A DNA stretch of 64,000 nucleotides from Blastocatellia bacterium (lineage in GTDB: Bacteria > Acidobacteriota > Blastocatellia > UBA7656 > JADIYM01), in assembly GCA_021463145.1 (NCBI GenBank), contig JAJTWZ010000013.1, forward strand, positions 5,864 through 69,863, written 5' to 3'. Positions 1 through 8,987 of this stretch are shown here, in pieces; position 1 is the first letter of the stretch; each line of letters begins with the position of its first letter. The translations under genes and the position numbers were made by a program. The notes beneath the pieces are model-generated. The model saw only the letters and a program-made list of their open reading frames with translations. It searched no databases and was not told the origin of the DNA.

Positions 1-1257
1 GTTGCCCGTCGCATCGAGAGAAACGACTCCCGTTGAGAGTCCGGCCAGCACGGTTTCGATATACTCGCGCCGCTCGTCGAGTGAAGCGTTCGACGATTCG
101 AGCTCTACGGCCGCTTCGATCAGCCGGCGGCGGCTTTCGGCAAGCTGCGCCGACATCGAGTTGAATGAATCGACGAGCGTCGCAAGCTCGCCTTCCGCCG
201 TGAACTCGATTCGATGGGTGAGGTTTCCACCAGCGACCTCGTGTGTGGCCTGGACGAGTGCCTGAATGGGTGCCGTTACGCTGCGGGATACGTTGATTGC
301 AATCCATACTGTCGCGAACAACAGGAGCGCCGTCACGAGCGAGAGCGCTGCGACATATCGCCTCCGAATGCTGTACTGATCCGCCACCAGGGCTTCGGAT
401 TGCGCGAGCTGGTCGTCGATCGTCGCAAACTGAGCAGCAAGCTCGGGCGGAAACCGCCGAACGACGATCAGACCGCGTGGGACTGCGCTTTTCGCGCCGA
501 CGGGAACGCCGACGATCATGAAGATCACGGTCTGGTCGGTCGTCGTCTTCGACTGTCCCTGATAGAACCTGCCGGCATCGACGGCCGAGCGCGCCCCTTC
601 GAGCTCGGCGGCGAAGATCTTCTCCAGCTCGCCGTCAGGTCCGTCAACGCGCACCAGGGCACGCCCTCCTTCCCTGAGCTCGACAGTCGAAAGTCGCAGG
701 CCGCGCGCCTCGCGCCGCAGGTGGTCCGCCACCATTGCCTCGTCGAATGCCTGGCCGCTGGCGAGTCCCTCGGTACGGCCAATCCGGCGCGCCGTAGCTT
801 TCAGGTCTCGCATGTCGTGCTCGACGTATTCTCGGAGCACGGCACGCGCACTGTCGATTACCCGCTCCGTGGGCTGCAGGAAGACGCGCAGTGTCGTATC
901 GATCAGCCAGAACGAGAAGACGAACAGCATCACCGTCGGCAGCAGGGTGAGCGCGATCGATCCAACCACCATCCGCGTCGTGAACCTGGAGCCGAGGCGC
1001 CCCTCCCGCCGCTCGCGATAGAGCTTCACGAGGTAGCGCGCCAGCACCAACGCAAGGGTCAGCAGTGCAATCAGATTGACCGTGGAGAGGGCGATAAGGA
1101 GGATCGAATCCTGGGGCGCTTCGAGCCTGAGCAGCGACCGTACGGAAAACTCGCCACGGACGAACCAGGCCAGCACTAGCACGATCAGGGCCACCGATAC
1201 GACGGCGATCTGCCGCAACCGACGGTGGCGGCGGTGGGTCGAGGAATCGAGGTTCAC
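1..1257 (-). CDS. Sensor histidine kinase, N-terminal part (TM segments, periplasmic loop, HAMP; NtrY-like). The 3' end runs off the window.
   Basis: Absent from the ORF track because it has no stop codon in the window. My translation of the reverse strand starts at GTG (complement of 1255-1257): VNLDSSTHRRHRRLRQIAVVSVALIVLVLAWF ... LSLVTALLLFATVWIAINVSRSVTAPIQALVQATHEVAGGNLTHRIEFTAEGELATLVDSFNSMSAQLAESRRRL. This reads as TM helices plus a HAMP linker, and the frame stays open to position 1. Listed ORF 214..1179 (+) is its antisense shadow. Confidence 0.7.
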   Translation of the reverse strand, partial: MNLDSSTHRRHRRLRQIAVVSVALIVLVLAWFVRGEFSVRSLLRLEAPQDSILLIALSTVNLIALLTLALVLARYLVKLYRERREGRLGSRFTTRMVVGSIALTLLPTVMLFVFSFWLIDTTLRVFLQPTERVIDSARAVLREYVEHDMRDLKATARRIGRTEGLASGQAFDEAMVADHLRREARGLRLSTVELREGGRALVRVDGPDGELEKIFAAELEGARSAVDAGRFYQGQSKTTTDQTVIFMIVGVPVGAKSAVPRGLIVVRRFPPELAAQFATIDDQLAQSEALVADQYSIRRRYVAALSLVTALLLFATVWIAINVSRSVTAPIQALVQATHEVAGGNLTHRIEFTAEGELATLVDSFNSMSAQLAESRRRLIEAAVELESSNASLDERREYIETVLAGLSTGVVSLDATGN

Positions 1258-1397
1258 AAAGGACCGCCTCCGGCGCGATTGTACCATTCGGGCCGAACAT
1301 GGCCTTCGGGGACTCGACTGGCGACGCCGAAATGCGAACTGTATACTCTGGGGCTTTTCAGCGACATTCTCACGAGACGGATCGGACACTTCAAATC

Positions 1398-1916
1398 ATG
1401 AGCGAAGACCAAGAGCCAGTCGTTCGAGTTCGAGACCGGAGAAAGTTCAATCCAGACGGGTCTCCGCGAACACCCGATCGTGACGACTCCGACGATGCTC
1501 CGCGTGTCGCAGAACCGCAGGCTGCGCCGTCGCCCGTGGCCGCCACGCCCGAGACCCCTTCCGCAGCAGTCGCTCCAGACGAGACGGCAGCCGGGCCAGC
1601 CGAGGGGGCGACGGACGAGGAGCCCTCTGGTCCCCAGCACGACGGTCACGGACGTCCCCGTGACGCGAGCGTGTTCAGCGATCTGGTGGTTCAGCTGGCA
1701 ACCCAGGCTGCGATGTATCTGGGGATGGTGACCGACCCACTCGGCCCCCAGTACCCTGCGGACCTTCGCGCGGCGCGCCAGATGATCGACATAATCGCCA
1801 TGCTCAAGGATAAGACGAAGGGCAATCTTACGCCGGACGAAAGCGTGATCCTCGAGCGCATCCTCACGGACTTGAGGATGAAGTACGTTTCGATGTCGTC
1901 GCCGCCGCGGCAATGA
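1398..1916 (+). CDS. DUF1844-like protein
   Basis: The C-terminal block VFSDLVVQLATQAAMYLGMVTDPLGPQYPADLRAARQMIDIIAMLKDKTKGNLTPDESVILERILTDLRMKYV matches the DUF1844 pattern as I remember it. The N-terminal half is acidic and Pro-rich. I prefer the internal ATG at 1398 (MSEDQEP) over the listed 1299. ATGA overlap with the next gene. Confidence 0.65.
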   Translation: MSEDQEPVVRVRDRRKFNPDGSPRTPDRDDSDDAPRVAEPQAAPSPVAATPETPSAAVAPDETAAGPAEGATDEEPSGPQHDGHGRPRDASVFSDLVVQLATQAAMYLGMVTDPLGPQYPADLRAARQMIDIIAMLKDKTKGNLTPDESVILERILTDLRMKYVSMSSPPRQ

Positions 1917-2692
1917 GCGACTCTGGCCCGGTCACGCTGACATTTCTCGGGACCGGCACTTCCACGGGCGTTCCGGCAGTAGGGTGCGCCTGTGACGTTT
2001 GCCGATCGGACGACCCTCGGGACGTAAGGTTGCGCGCCTCGATCCTGCTTCAATACGACGGCAGGAACGTCGTCATCGACACGGGCACCGACTTTCGGCA
2101 GCAGGCGCTGCGCGTTCGCCTCATGAGGCTCGATGCAGTGCTCATCACGCACGCGCACGCGGATCACATCTTTGGACTCGACGACATCAGGCCATTCAAT
2201 TTCAAGACTCGCCGTCCGACTCCCGTCTTTGCTGACGAGCGCACCTGGAATGGTTTGCGGCGTGTGTTCGACTATGCATTCAGCCCAACCGCCTACGGCG
2301 GCGTCCCGAACATCGAACCGCACGTGATCGACGGCCCATTCGAGGTGTTCGGGCGGAAATTCGTACCGCTCGAGGTCGTTCACGGACGAATGCCTGTGGC
2401 AGCATTCCGGTTCGGCCAGGGTGCGTACGTTACCGATTGTAACGAGATTCCTGACGATACGGTCGACGGCCTGCGTGGCCTCGACGTGCTCGTCCTCGAT
2501 GGCCTGCGTTTCGCGGCCCACGGCACGCACATGACTATCCCTAAGGCGCTCGCCTACATCGAGCGCATCCGGCCGAAGCGAGCTTTCCTCACGCACATGA
2601 ACCATGAAGTTCACCATCGGACAGTGAACGCCGAGCTTCCGGACGGCGTCGAGCTCGCCTATGACGGATTGGTGCTGGAGATTGACGGATGA
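1913..2692 (+). CDS. MBL-fold metallo-hydrolase (PhnP-like phosphodiesterase family)
   Basis: LTFLGTGTSTGVP, the Cys pair CACDVC and the metal motif ITHAHADHIFGLDD. 4-nt overlaps with both neighbouring genes. Confidence 0.8.
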   Translation: MSDSGPVTLTFLGTGTSTGVPAVGCACDVCRSDDPRDVRLRASILLQYDGRNVVIDTGTDFRQQALRVRLMRLDAVLITHAHADHIFGLDDIRPFNFKTRRPTPVFADERTWNGLRRVFDYAFSPTAYGGVPNIEPHVIDGPFEVFGRKFVPLEVVHGRMPVAAFRFGQGAYVTDCNEIPDDTVDGLRGLDVLVLDGLRFAAHGTHMTIPKALAYIERIRPKRAFLTHMNHEVHHRTVNAELPDGVELAYDGLVLEIDG

Positions 2693-3645
2693 TCGTGGTG
2701 CGTTCCATCCAGGACCCTGCGATAACGCGGCCTTCGACCGTGACGATCGGCGTTTTCGACGGGCTCCATCTGGGTCATCAGTTCATCATGCGGACCGTTG
2801 TGGAGAGGGCCGGTCTGAATTCGACTGTGCCGACGGTCGTGACGTTCGATCCGCATCCCCGTTCGATCCTCTATCCCGAGTCGGCTCCGCCGCTCCTTCA
2901 GACGTTCGAGCAGCGCATCGAGGGCATGGCGTTTCTGGGAATACGGCAGGTGCTCGTGATCCCCTTCACTCTCGAGATCGCGTCCATGTCCGCCGGCGAG
3001 TTCGTCGAGCGCTACCTCGTCGAAACTCTCGACGCCAGGGCAATCTACCTCGGCCGCGGCTTCGCCTTCGGGCGAAGACGAAGCGGGAACATAGACGTCC
3101 TGCGGGGGATGACCTCACGATTCGGATTCGACGCCGACGAAGTGGGAGAGGTCGAGTTGCGCGGTACTCGAATGAGCTCGACGGCGATCCGCCGGACGCT
3201 GCAGCTCGGGAGGGTCAACCACGCCCGCCGGATGCTCGGACGTCCGTACGGACTCGAAGGTACCGTAGTTGAAGGACGGCGACTTGGAGGACCGGTGCTC
3301 CGGTTTCCCACTGCGAACATCGAGCCGGTGAACCGCGTGCTTCCTGCCAGGGGTGTTTATGTCACCGCCACCCTCGCGGACGAGGTCTGGTACCGAAGCG
3401 CTACGAACATCGGCGTGCGTCCGACCGTCTCCGATGACGGGGGTGTCACGGTCGAGACCCACCTGCTCGACGTGGAAAAGATGCTCTACGGCAAACGGAT
3501 TCGCGTCCGGTTTCTGCACCGTCTACGCTCGGAGCTCGAATTCGCATCGCTCGACGCGCTGCGCTCGCAGATCGCCCGCGATGCGGACCGGGCGCGACGG
3601 TATTTCCAGCATCCAATCGTGCGCCGCAATCTCGAGGTCGTGTGA
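2689..3645 (+). CDS. ribF: Bifunctional riboflavin kinase / FAD synthetase
   Basis: N-terminal FMN adenylyltransferase motif (TIGVFDGLHLGHQ) and C-terminal riboflavin kinase domain (GRRLGGPVLRFPTANI ... YGKRIRVRFLHRLR). Typical length of 318 aa. Confidence 0.9.
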   Translation: MIVVRSIQDPAITRPSTVTIGVFDGLHLGHQFIMRTVVERAGLNSTVPTVVTFDPHPRSILYPESAPPLLQTFEQRIEGMAFLGIRQVLVIPFTLEIASMSAGEFVERYLVETLDARAIYLGRGFAFGRRRSGNIDVLRGMTSRFGFDADEVGEVELRGTRMSSTAIRRTLQLGRVNHARRMLGRPYGLEGTVVEGRRLGGPVLRFPTANIEPVNRVLPARGVYVTATLADEVWYRSATNIGVRPTVSDDGGVTVETHLLDVEKMLYGKRIRVRFLHRLRSELEFASLDALRSQIARDADRARRYFQHPIVRRNLEVV

Positions 3646-3706
3646 CGACTGGCAGCACCACCGTTCAGAATCCAGATCTGGATCCTGTCCGTGTCGATCT
3701 GTTCTC

Positions 3707-4210
3707 CTACTTCTCCTGGAATGTCCGCGCAATCCGATCAGTTTCGTTCCGTATCGGCGCAAGGCTCGCGCGCTCGCCGGTGAACTGTAAGATCCACACC
3801 GACGAATCACGACCTGCCAGGTAATAGTTGCGGCCCATCATTGCCGCTCCGCCCCTGGAGAAGTCGAACTGGACCAGATAGCCCGACATCGTGCCTCCGG
3901 CGAAACGTTCCGACGTGCCTGCCACATAGCCGGGCAGGAATCGGTGGCTGCCTTCGCTGTCGCGCGCCACAACTGCATCCATCGACTCACCCGGCTGGAG
4001 TCTTACGCGCTTGATCTTCAACAGGCCGTTACGCCGGTCGCCGTTGACGTACTCGACCCGGTCAATCTTGGCGCCGTCCGTAAAAGCGGCCTTCTCCCAT
4101 CCGGACGGAAGCGAAAGCGTGTAGTCCGAAACGGCCTGGGCAGCCGTCATCGTCGCAGCGGCTGCGACAAACGTAATCGCGACAATCCATCGTCCGAAAG
4201 TCCCGGTCAT
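3707..4210 (-). CDS. Exported hypothetical protein
   Basis: Signal-peptide-like N-terminus (MTGTFGRWIVAITFVAAAATMTAAQA) followed by protein-like composition. I do not recognise the family. Confidence 0.55.
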   Translation of the reverse strand: MTGTFGRWIVAITFVAAAATMTAAQAVSDYTLSLPSGWEKAAFTDGAKIDRVEYVNGDRRNGLLKIKRVRLQPGESMDAVVARDSEGSHRFLPGYVAGTSERFAGGTMSGYLVQFDFSRGGAAMMGRNYYLAGRDSSVWILQFTGERASLAPIRNETDRIARTFQEK

Positions 4211-4214
4211 GACG

Positions 4215-4979
4215 TCACCCCTTTCTCATCAAGCCTGCAAGCCCGATTCTGATGCCGGCGGCATCGAAAACGTCCGCCTGCGCCGCCACCAATTTATCGA
4301 TCCCGGCCCCAGCCAGTTCCATCATTGCCGCCATCTGTTCTTTCGAGAACGGTCCCGACTCGGCCGTACCCTGCACTTCGACGAACAATCCTGCTCCGGT
4401 CTTGACGATGTTCATGTCGACGTCGGCCTTCGAATCTTCTGCGTACTCCAGGTCAAGCAACACGTTTCCACCGACGATTCCAACACTGACAGCCGCCACG
4501 TGGTCGGACAGCGGAAGAACGGAGAGTTTCCCTTCGTCTTGCAAACGCTTGAGCGCCAGCGCGAGTGCCACGAATCCTCCGGTCACGGCCGCGGTTCGCG
4601 TACCGCCGTCGGCCTGGATCACGTCGCAGTCGACGGTGATCGTGCGTTCGCCGAGCTTGTTCATCGCGGCTACGGCTCGAAGGCTTCGGCCTATGAGCCG
4701 CTGGATCTCCTGCGTCCGGCCGGAAGGTCCACCCTTTGACGACTCGCGCGCAGTTCGCTGATCGGTAGCCCGCGGCAGCATCGAGTATTCGGCGGTTACC
4801 CAGCCGCGATTCGTATTTCGCAGAAACAAAGGCACGCGGTCTTCAACCGAAGCCGTGCAGATGACCTTCGTCTCGCCCATCTCCATCAGGCACGATCCCT
4901 CGGCGTACCTGTTGTAGTTCGGGGTAATTCGAACAGGGCGCAACTCGTCGCCGGCTCGTCCAACACGTCGTTTCGGCAT
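4215..4979 (-). CDS. rph: Ribonuclease PH
   Basis: [36 protein letters not shown] ... [13 protein letters not shown] ... [16 protein letters not shown] ... [18 protein letters not shown] are RNase PH hallmarks. Confidence 0.9.
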   Translation of the reverse strand: MPKRRVGRAGDELRPVRITPNYNRYAEGSCLMEMGETKVICTASVEDRVPLFLRNTNRGWVTAEYSMLPRATDQRTARESSKGGPSGRTQEIQRLIGRSLRAVAAMNKLGERTITVDCDVIQADGGTRTAAVTGGFVALALALKRLQDEGKLSVLPLSDHVAAVSVGIVGGNVLLDLEYAEDSKADVDMNIVKTGAGLFVEVQGTAESGPFSKEQMAAMMELAGAGIDKLVAAQADVFDAAGIRIGLAGLMRKG

Positions 4980-4996
4980 CGGGGGCTCTCTCCTCC

Positions 4997-5821
4997 CTAC
5001 AGTTCGACAGTTTCAAATCGCTCGAGCGCAGCACCCAGGAACAACTCGGCGACACGCCGGAATCGCCCGGCAGCATCCGTGACGAAAAACTGATCTTCGC
5101 ACGGCTCCAATGAGGTTCGTAGCTGCTCGCTCGCCGCTAGAAGAATCGCCGCTTCCTCGGCCACTGCATCTCCCGAATCGATGAGCACCACATCCGGCCC
5201 GACGACGTCGGCAATTACGTCGCGAAGGATCGGATAGTGGGTGCAGCCGAGAACGAGCGTATCGACGCGTCCACCGCGAAACGGTTCGAGGTAGCGGTCC
5301 GCGATCAGCCGCGTGGCGGCTTCGTGCTCCGCCCATCCTTCTTCGGCAAGGGCCACGAACAGCGGACAGGCCTGTGAAACGACTTCCGCCGACGGATTGA
5401 ATCCCGCGATCGCCTTCGCGTACGCACCGCTCGAAACGGTAGCCTCGGTGCCGATGACTCCGATCCTGCCTGACTTCGAGGCCCGGACCGCCTGCTTTGC
5501 GCCGGGCTGGATGACGCCAAGCGTGGGCATCGACGGGTACATTGCGCGCAACGTGCCGTGCGCAACCGCCGACGCGGTGTTGCACGCGATGACGAGCATC
5601 TTGATGTTGAGCGATTCGAGGAACGAAGCAGTCTGGATGGCGTAACGCTCGACGGTGGCCGGCGAACGGGTACCGTAAGGCAGCCGCGCCGTGTCGCCCA
5701 GATAGATGATCTGCTCGTTCGGCAGGCGCCGTCTAAGAGACTTGACGACAGTCAAGCCCCCAACGCCCGAATCGAACACCCCTATCGGCGACTCTTTCAT
5801 CCGCAAGGCCAAACTAGTCAT
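4997..5821 (-). CDS. murI: Glutamate racemase
   Basis: [23 protein letters not shown] and LVLGCTHYP contain the two catalytic Cys motifs. Confidence 0.9.
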   Translation of the reverse strand: MTSLALRMKESPIGVFDSGVGGLTVVKSLRRRLPNEQIIYLGDTARLPYGTRSPATVERYAIQTASFLESLNIKMLVIACNTASAVAHGTLRAMYPSMPTLGVIQPGAKQAVRASKSGRIGVIGTEATVSSGAYAKAIAGFNPSAEVVSQACPLFVALAEEGWAEHEAATRLIADRYLEPFRGGRVDTLVLGCTHYPILRDVIADVVGPDVVLIDSGDAVAEEAAILLAASEQLRTSLEPCEDQFFVTDAAGRFRRVAELFLGAALERFETVEL

Positions 5822-5900
5822 CTCCGAGATTCAATGTGTCTACGCCGACACGACACGGGGCGGATCAGGGCTTTCGCCCGGGTCCGCCCCGGTTTCCGAA

Positions 5901-6255
5901 TGGAGGTGGCCAGAATTGAACTGGCGTCCGAAGGTCTTCAGCGAGTGCATCTACGTGCGTGTTCGCTTCACTTTTTGCTTCGCCCGCTCGACCGTGGAAG
6001 CGACAAGCATCGAGACGGGCTAGACCGGTTTGGGTTTCGCGACCTGGGCCTCCGATCGGTGGGCCCTCACGCTAGCCTGCTGAAGTGACGTTCATTCCCG
6101 GCACACAGGCGATGACGAGGTGAACGTGACGGTTTCTTAGGCCGCCAGAGCGAACTGCTGGTTGGCAGTTGTTGGTTTCCATACTTTTACGCGGTGCATG
6201 GTCCGCGGCACGCAACAAACGCCTCCGTATACCTCCGTCGAAACCTGACACCCCC
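5901..6255 (-). ncRNA. ssrA: tmRNA (SsrA), one-piece form
   Basis: The reverse strand reads 5'-GGGGGTGTCAGGTTTCGACGGAGG ... and ends ... GGACGCCAGTTCAATTCTGGCCACCTCCA-3'. The 7-bp acceptor stem includes a G3:U pair (the alanine identity element) and the T-arm is GCCAG-TTCAATT-CTGGC. The internal tag frame GCC AAC CAG CAG TTC GCT CTG GCG GCC TAA (complement of 6137-6166) encodes ANQQFALAA. CCA is not encoded. Confidence 0.85.
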
Positions 6256-6274
6256 TCGAATCGATCAACGGCTC

Positions 6275-6304
6275 AGTCTAGCGGCCGCAGATGGAATGCG
6301 TCAA
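6275..6304 (-). promoter_or_regulatory. Candidate sigma-70 promoter for ssrA
   Basis: Reverse strand reads TTGACG - 18 nt - TAGACT and ends 19 nt upstream of the mature tmRNA 5' end. Pattern match only. Confidence 0.35.
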
Positions 6305-6443
6305 ACTCCCGGGTCGCAAGGCCGTCGTCCGATGAGTCCAGTGTCCGAAGTGTTGCATCCCTTCGCCAATGCGTCCGTCGGCATCCGTCGGGACGAATCG
6401 GGAGCCGGTTGAACGGCCCAGCGCCTTGTGGTCAAATCGGCTC

Positions 6444-7211
6444 GTGAACTTGCCGAATGCGTTGACGCTCACGCGCATCTTCCTTGTACCGTTGATCGTC
6501 GCCGTCCTGCTCACGAAGCTTCCGAGCCAGTGGTCCGGAGTTCCGCAGCAGGTCCTCGGCGTCGGCCTCTTCCTGGTCGCCAGCGTTACGGACTGGCTCG
6601 ACGGCTATCTGGCCCGGCTGCGCGGCCAGGTGTCCACGCTCGGCATTCTTCTCGATCCCATTGCAGACAAACTGCTCATATCGGCCGCGTTCGTCACGCT
6701 TGTCGAAGCGCGACTTGCTCCGGCCTGGGCCGTCGCCATCATCATCGGACGAGAGTTCGCCGTGTCGGGGCTGCGATCGATCGCCGCAGCCGAGGGATTC
6801 GCCATCTCGGCGTCGCGCATGGGCAAGTTCAAGATGCTTACGCAGGTCGTCGCCATCACCCTGCTGATTCTTGGAAGCCGGACTACCGTCTCGGGCGACG
6901 CCGTCGCCATTGCGCCGCCCTTCGACATTGCGCAACCGTTCAGCACGATGTCGGCTGCCTTTGACGCCTTGGCTGGCCTGTCGGCATCGAGTTACTCACT
7001 GACTGTCGAGACCGCGCGCATCCTTACCTTCAGCCTCGGCCGGCTGATGCTCTGGATTGTCGTGATATCGGCGCTCTGGTCGATGGTGGACTACTTCCGC
7101 AGGTTCTACGGCAAGATTCGCGACCACATCGAAGTGCGCGAGCGGAGGTCGAAAAGAATTCGAGTACTTCGGCGGCGCCGTCCGCGCGGCACCGCAGGCT
7201 CGCGAGTCTGA
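6444..7211 (+). CDS. pgsA: CDP-diacylglycerol--glycerol-3-phosphate 3-phosphatidyltransferase with an extended C-terminal region
   Basis: CDP-alcohol phosphatidyltransferase motif DWLDGYLARLRGQVSTLGILLDPIADKLL. The N-terminus VNLPNALTLTRIFLVPL aligns with the usual PgsA start, so I prefer GTG 6444 over the listed ATG 6369. Confidence 0.8.
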   Translation: MNLPNALTLTRIFLVPLIVAVLLTKLPSQWSGVPQQVLGVGLFLVASVTDWLDGYLARLRGQVSTLGILLDPIADKLLISAAFVTLVEARLAPAWAVAIIIGREFAVSGLRSIAAAEGFAISASRMGKFKMLTQVVAITLLILGSRTTVSGDAVAIAPPFDIAQPFSTMSAAFDALAGLSASSYSLTVETARILTFSLGRLMLWIVVISALWSMVDYFRRFYGKIRDHIEVRERRSKRIRVLRRRRPRGTAGSRV

Positions 7212-7218
7212 ACTACCG

Positions 7219-8304
7219 CTACTGCGGCAACCCTTCAGCGGATCCGACTTCGGCCGTTATGGTGTATTCCTTGCCGTCACGAATGAAAGTAATCTCGACC
7301 CTGGATCCCGGGGCTTTTCGCGTCACGATTCTGTTGAACTGCGCCTTGTTGGCAACTGGCGTCTGATCGACGGCAACGACGAAGTCGCCCTGCCGGATAC
7401 CCGCTTTCGCGGCCGGAGTCCCACGTTCGACCTTGTTTACGACGATTCCCGAGCGATCCGGCGGAAGGTTCATGCGCTTCCGCATCGGCGCGTTCGTATC
7501 GAACGAGTCGATGCCCAACGACCCTCGGGTTACCCTTCCCTTCGTCGTGAGGTCGGGCACGATCTCGCGAACTATATTCGCGGGAATGGCGAAACTGAGG
7601 CCGGACCACTTCTCCAGAATCAGAGTGTTGATGCCGACGACTTCCCCTCGCGCATTCACGAGCGGTCCGCCGGAGTTTCCCGGGTTGATTGCCGCATCCG
7701 TCTGAAGAAAGTCGTCGAACTGTCCACCAAACCCGACACGTCCCTTACCGCTGATGATCCCCAACGTGACCGTATGGTCCAGGCCTAACGGGTTCCCGAT
7801 TGCAATGACCCATTCGCCCACCTTCAAGTCATCCGAGTTTCCCCATTTCGCTTCAGGAAGGGGAGTCGTCCCGGGATCCACAGACAGGACAGCGATGTCC
7901 GTCGCACGATCGAATCCCTTGACGCTGGCCAGCAGTGAGCGGCCATCGGGCAGGAAGACCGTGATGGACGTCGCGAGTTTCGGAGGCCCGGCGTCGGTAC
8001 GCGACAGCTCGAGTGTGTTTTCCTCACCCGGCGCGATAACGTGGAAGTTCGTCACGATCAGCCCATTGCGATCGATGATGATGCCGCTGCCCCGGCCACG
8101 CTCGGCGTCGCTCGCAACGTCGATGCTCACGACCGACTTGTCGACGGACTGGACGATCTTCGGTACGTCGAGCACGAGCACAGGGCCGTCAGACGATGTT
8201 TGCGCAGCGCGCGCACCCGTGGTCATCGCGACAGAGATCAATACCGCTGCAGCGACCGCGATCACCGCTCGCCCGTGCTTCGGCCAGCCATTACTTGTTG
8301 CCAT
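7219..8304 (-). CDS. HtrA/DegP-family serine protease with a C-terminal PDZ domain
   Basis: Trypsin-like motifs TNFHVI, DIAVL and GNSGGPLVN, followed by a PDZ segment (GIVVNKVERGTPAAKAGIRQGDFVVAVD). The signal peptide begins at MATSNGWPKHGRAVIAVAAAVLISVAMTTGARA, so I prefer ATG 8304. Listed start is 8472 and 8328 is another option. Confidence 0.85.
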   Translation of the reverse strand: MATSNGWPKHGRAVIAVAAAVLISVAMTTGARAAQTSSDGPVLVLDVPKIVQSVDKSVVSIDVASDAERGRGSGIIIDRNGLIVTNFHVIAPGEENTLELSRTDAGPPKLATSITVFLPDGRSLLASVKGFDRATDIAVLSVDPGTTPLPEAKWGNSDDLKVGEWVIAIGNPLGLDHTVTLGIISGKGRVGFGGQFDDFLQTDAAINPGNSGGPLVNARGEVVGINTLILEKWSGLSFAIPANIVREIVPDLTTKGRVTRGSLGIDSFDTNAPMRKRMNLPPDRSGIVVNKVERGTPAAKAGIRQGDFVVAVDQTPVANKAQFNRIVTRKAPGSRVEITFIRDGKEYTITAEVGSAEGLPQ

Positions 8305-8506
8305 CGTCCACCCTTTGCGACGCTGCATTCTCGTCCTGTCCCGGGGCACGAAGCCGCCGGCCTCGAATGTTACGGGCGGGCCCGACTCGTGGTTTCTTCC
8401 CACTTCGGACCATTTCGGCGAAGAGCTCGGCGTCGTAGTCGCATTCGCGCGACATCTCTTCGCGGATCGCATGCAGCTCTTCGAGGAATCTTGGTTTCCT
8501 ATACAT
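8291..8506 (-). CDS. Small ORF downstream of the PIN-like gene (possible cognate partner)
   Basis: ATG overlaps the PIN gene stop by 8 nt (ATGTATAG). The first ~37 aa look protein-like (MYRKPRFLEELHAIREEMSRECDYDAELFAEMVRSGK). The C-terminal half is Arg-rich and overlaps the htrA start by 14 nt. Confidence 0.35.
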   Translation of the reverse strand: MYRKPRFLEELHAIREEMSRECDYDAELFAEMVRSGKKPRVGPARNIRGRRLRAPGQDENAASQRVDDGNK

Positions 8507-8987
8507 CCGGGCTGACCAGGAATTCGGGCGTGACGATGGTCGGCACGAAGAACCCGGCAGCCGTGTTGAAGAGCCTTACCCTAGCCTGGCGATGCACGTT
8601 GGCGAGGTACCCGAAGTTCCACGTTACGAGAAAGTCTAGCTTGTGGTACGAAGCGAGCGCAACGTGGAGCGCATCCGCCACGTACTTGCGCTGAAAGATG
8701 CCGCGAGTGATGTATCCCTCGGCGAGAATGGCGGCTTCGTCAGCGATCTCCACACGCGGAAGATGTTCTACGAGGCGGAGATAGGATGCCCGTCGCGATT
8801 CGGGCATGCGCTCGAGCTCTCGTTGAACCAGCAGCGAAACAAATGGCTCGAACAGCGCCAGTTCGTGCTCCCACCATCGGATCGTGAGGTCGCGACGAAA
8901 CGGCTCGTCGTTGTCGAGATAGGCGCCAATTACGGACGTCTCGAGATATATCGACTTTCGCGACGTTCGTGATGGCGCTCGATTCAC
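8499..8987 (-). CDS. PIN-domain-like protein (VapC-like)
   Basis: IYLETSVIGAYL at the N-terminus, QRELE in the middle, and ADALHVALASYHKLDFLVTWNFGYLAN near the C-terminus place acidic residues as in a PIN fold. The GTG start overlaps the upstream stop (GTGA). Confidence 0.6.
   Translation of the reverse strand: MNRAPSRTSRKSIYLETSVIGAYLDNDEPFRRDLTIRWWEHELALFEPFVSLLVQRELERMPESRRASYLRLVEHLPRVEIADEAAILAEGYITRGIFQRKYVADALHVALASYHKLDFLVTWNFGYLANVHRQARVRLFNTAAGFFVPTIVTPEFLVSPDV

Noticed and set aside
214-1179. 321-aa plus-strand ORF
   Set aside because: Its Arg/His/Gln-rich composition has no domain logic. It lies exactly antisense to a well-formed TM-HAMP sensor kinase frame, so it is a GC-rich shadow ORF.
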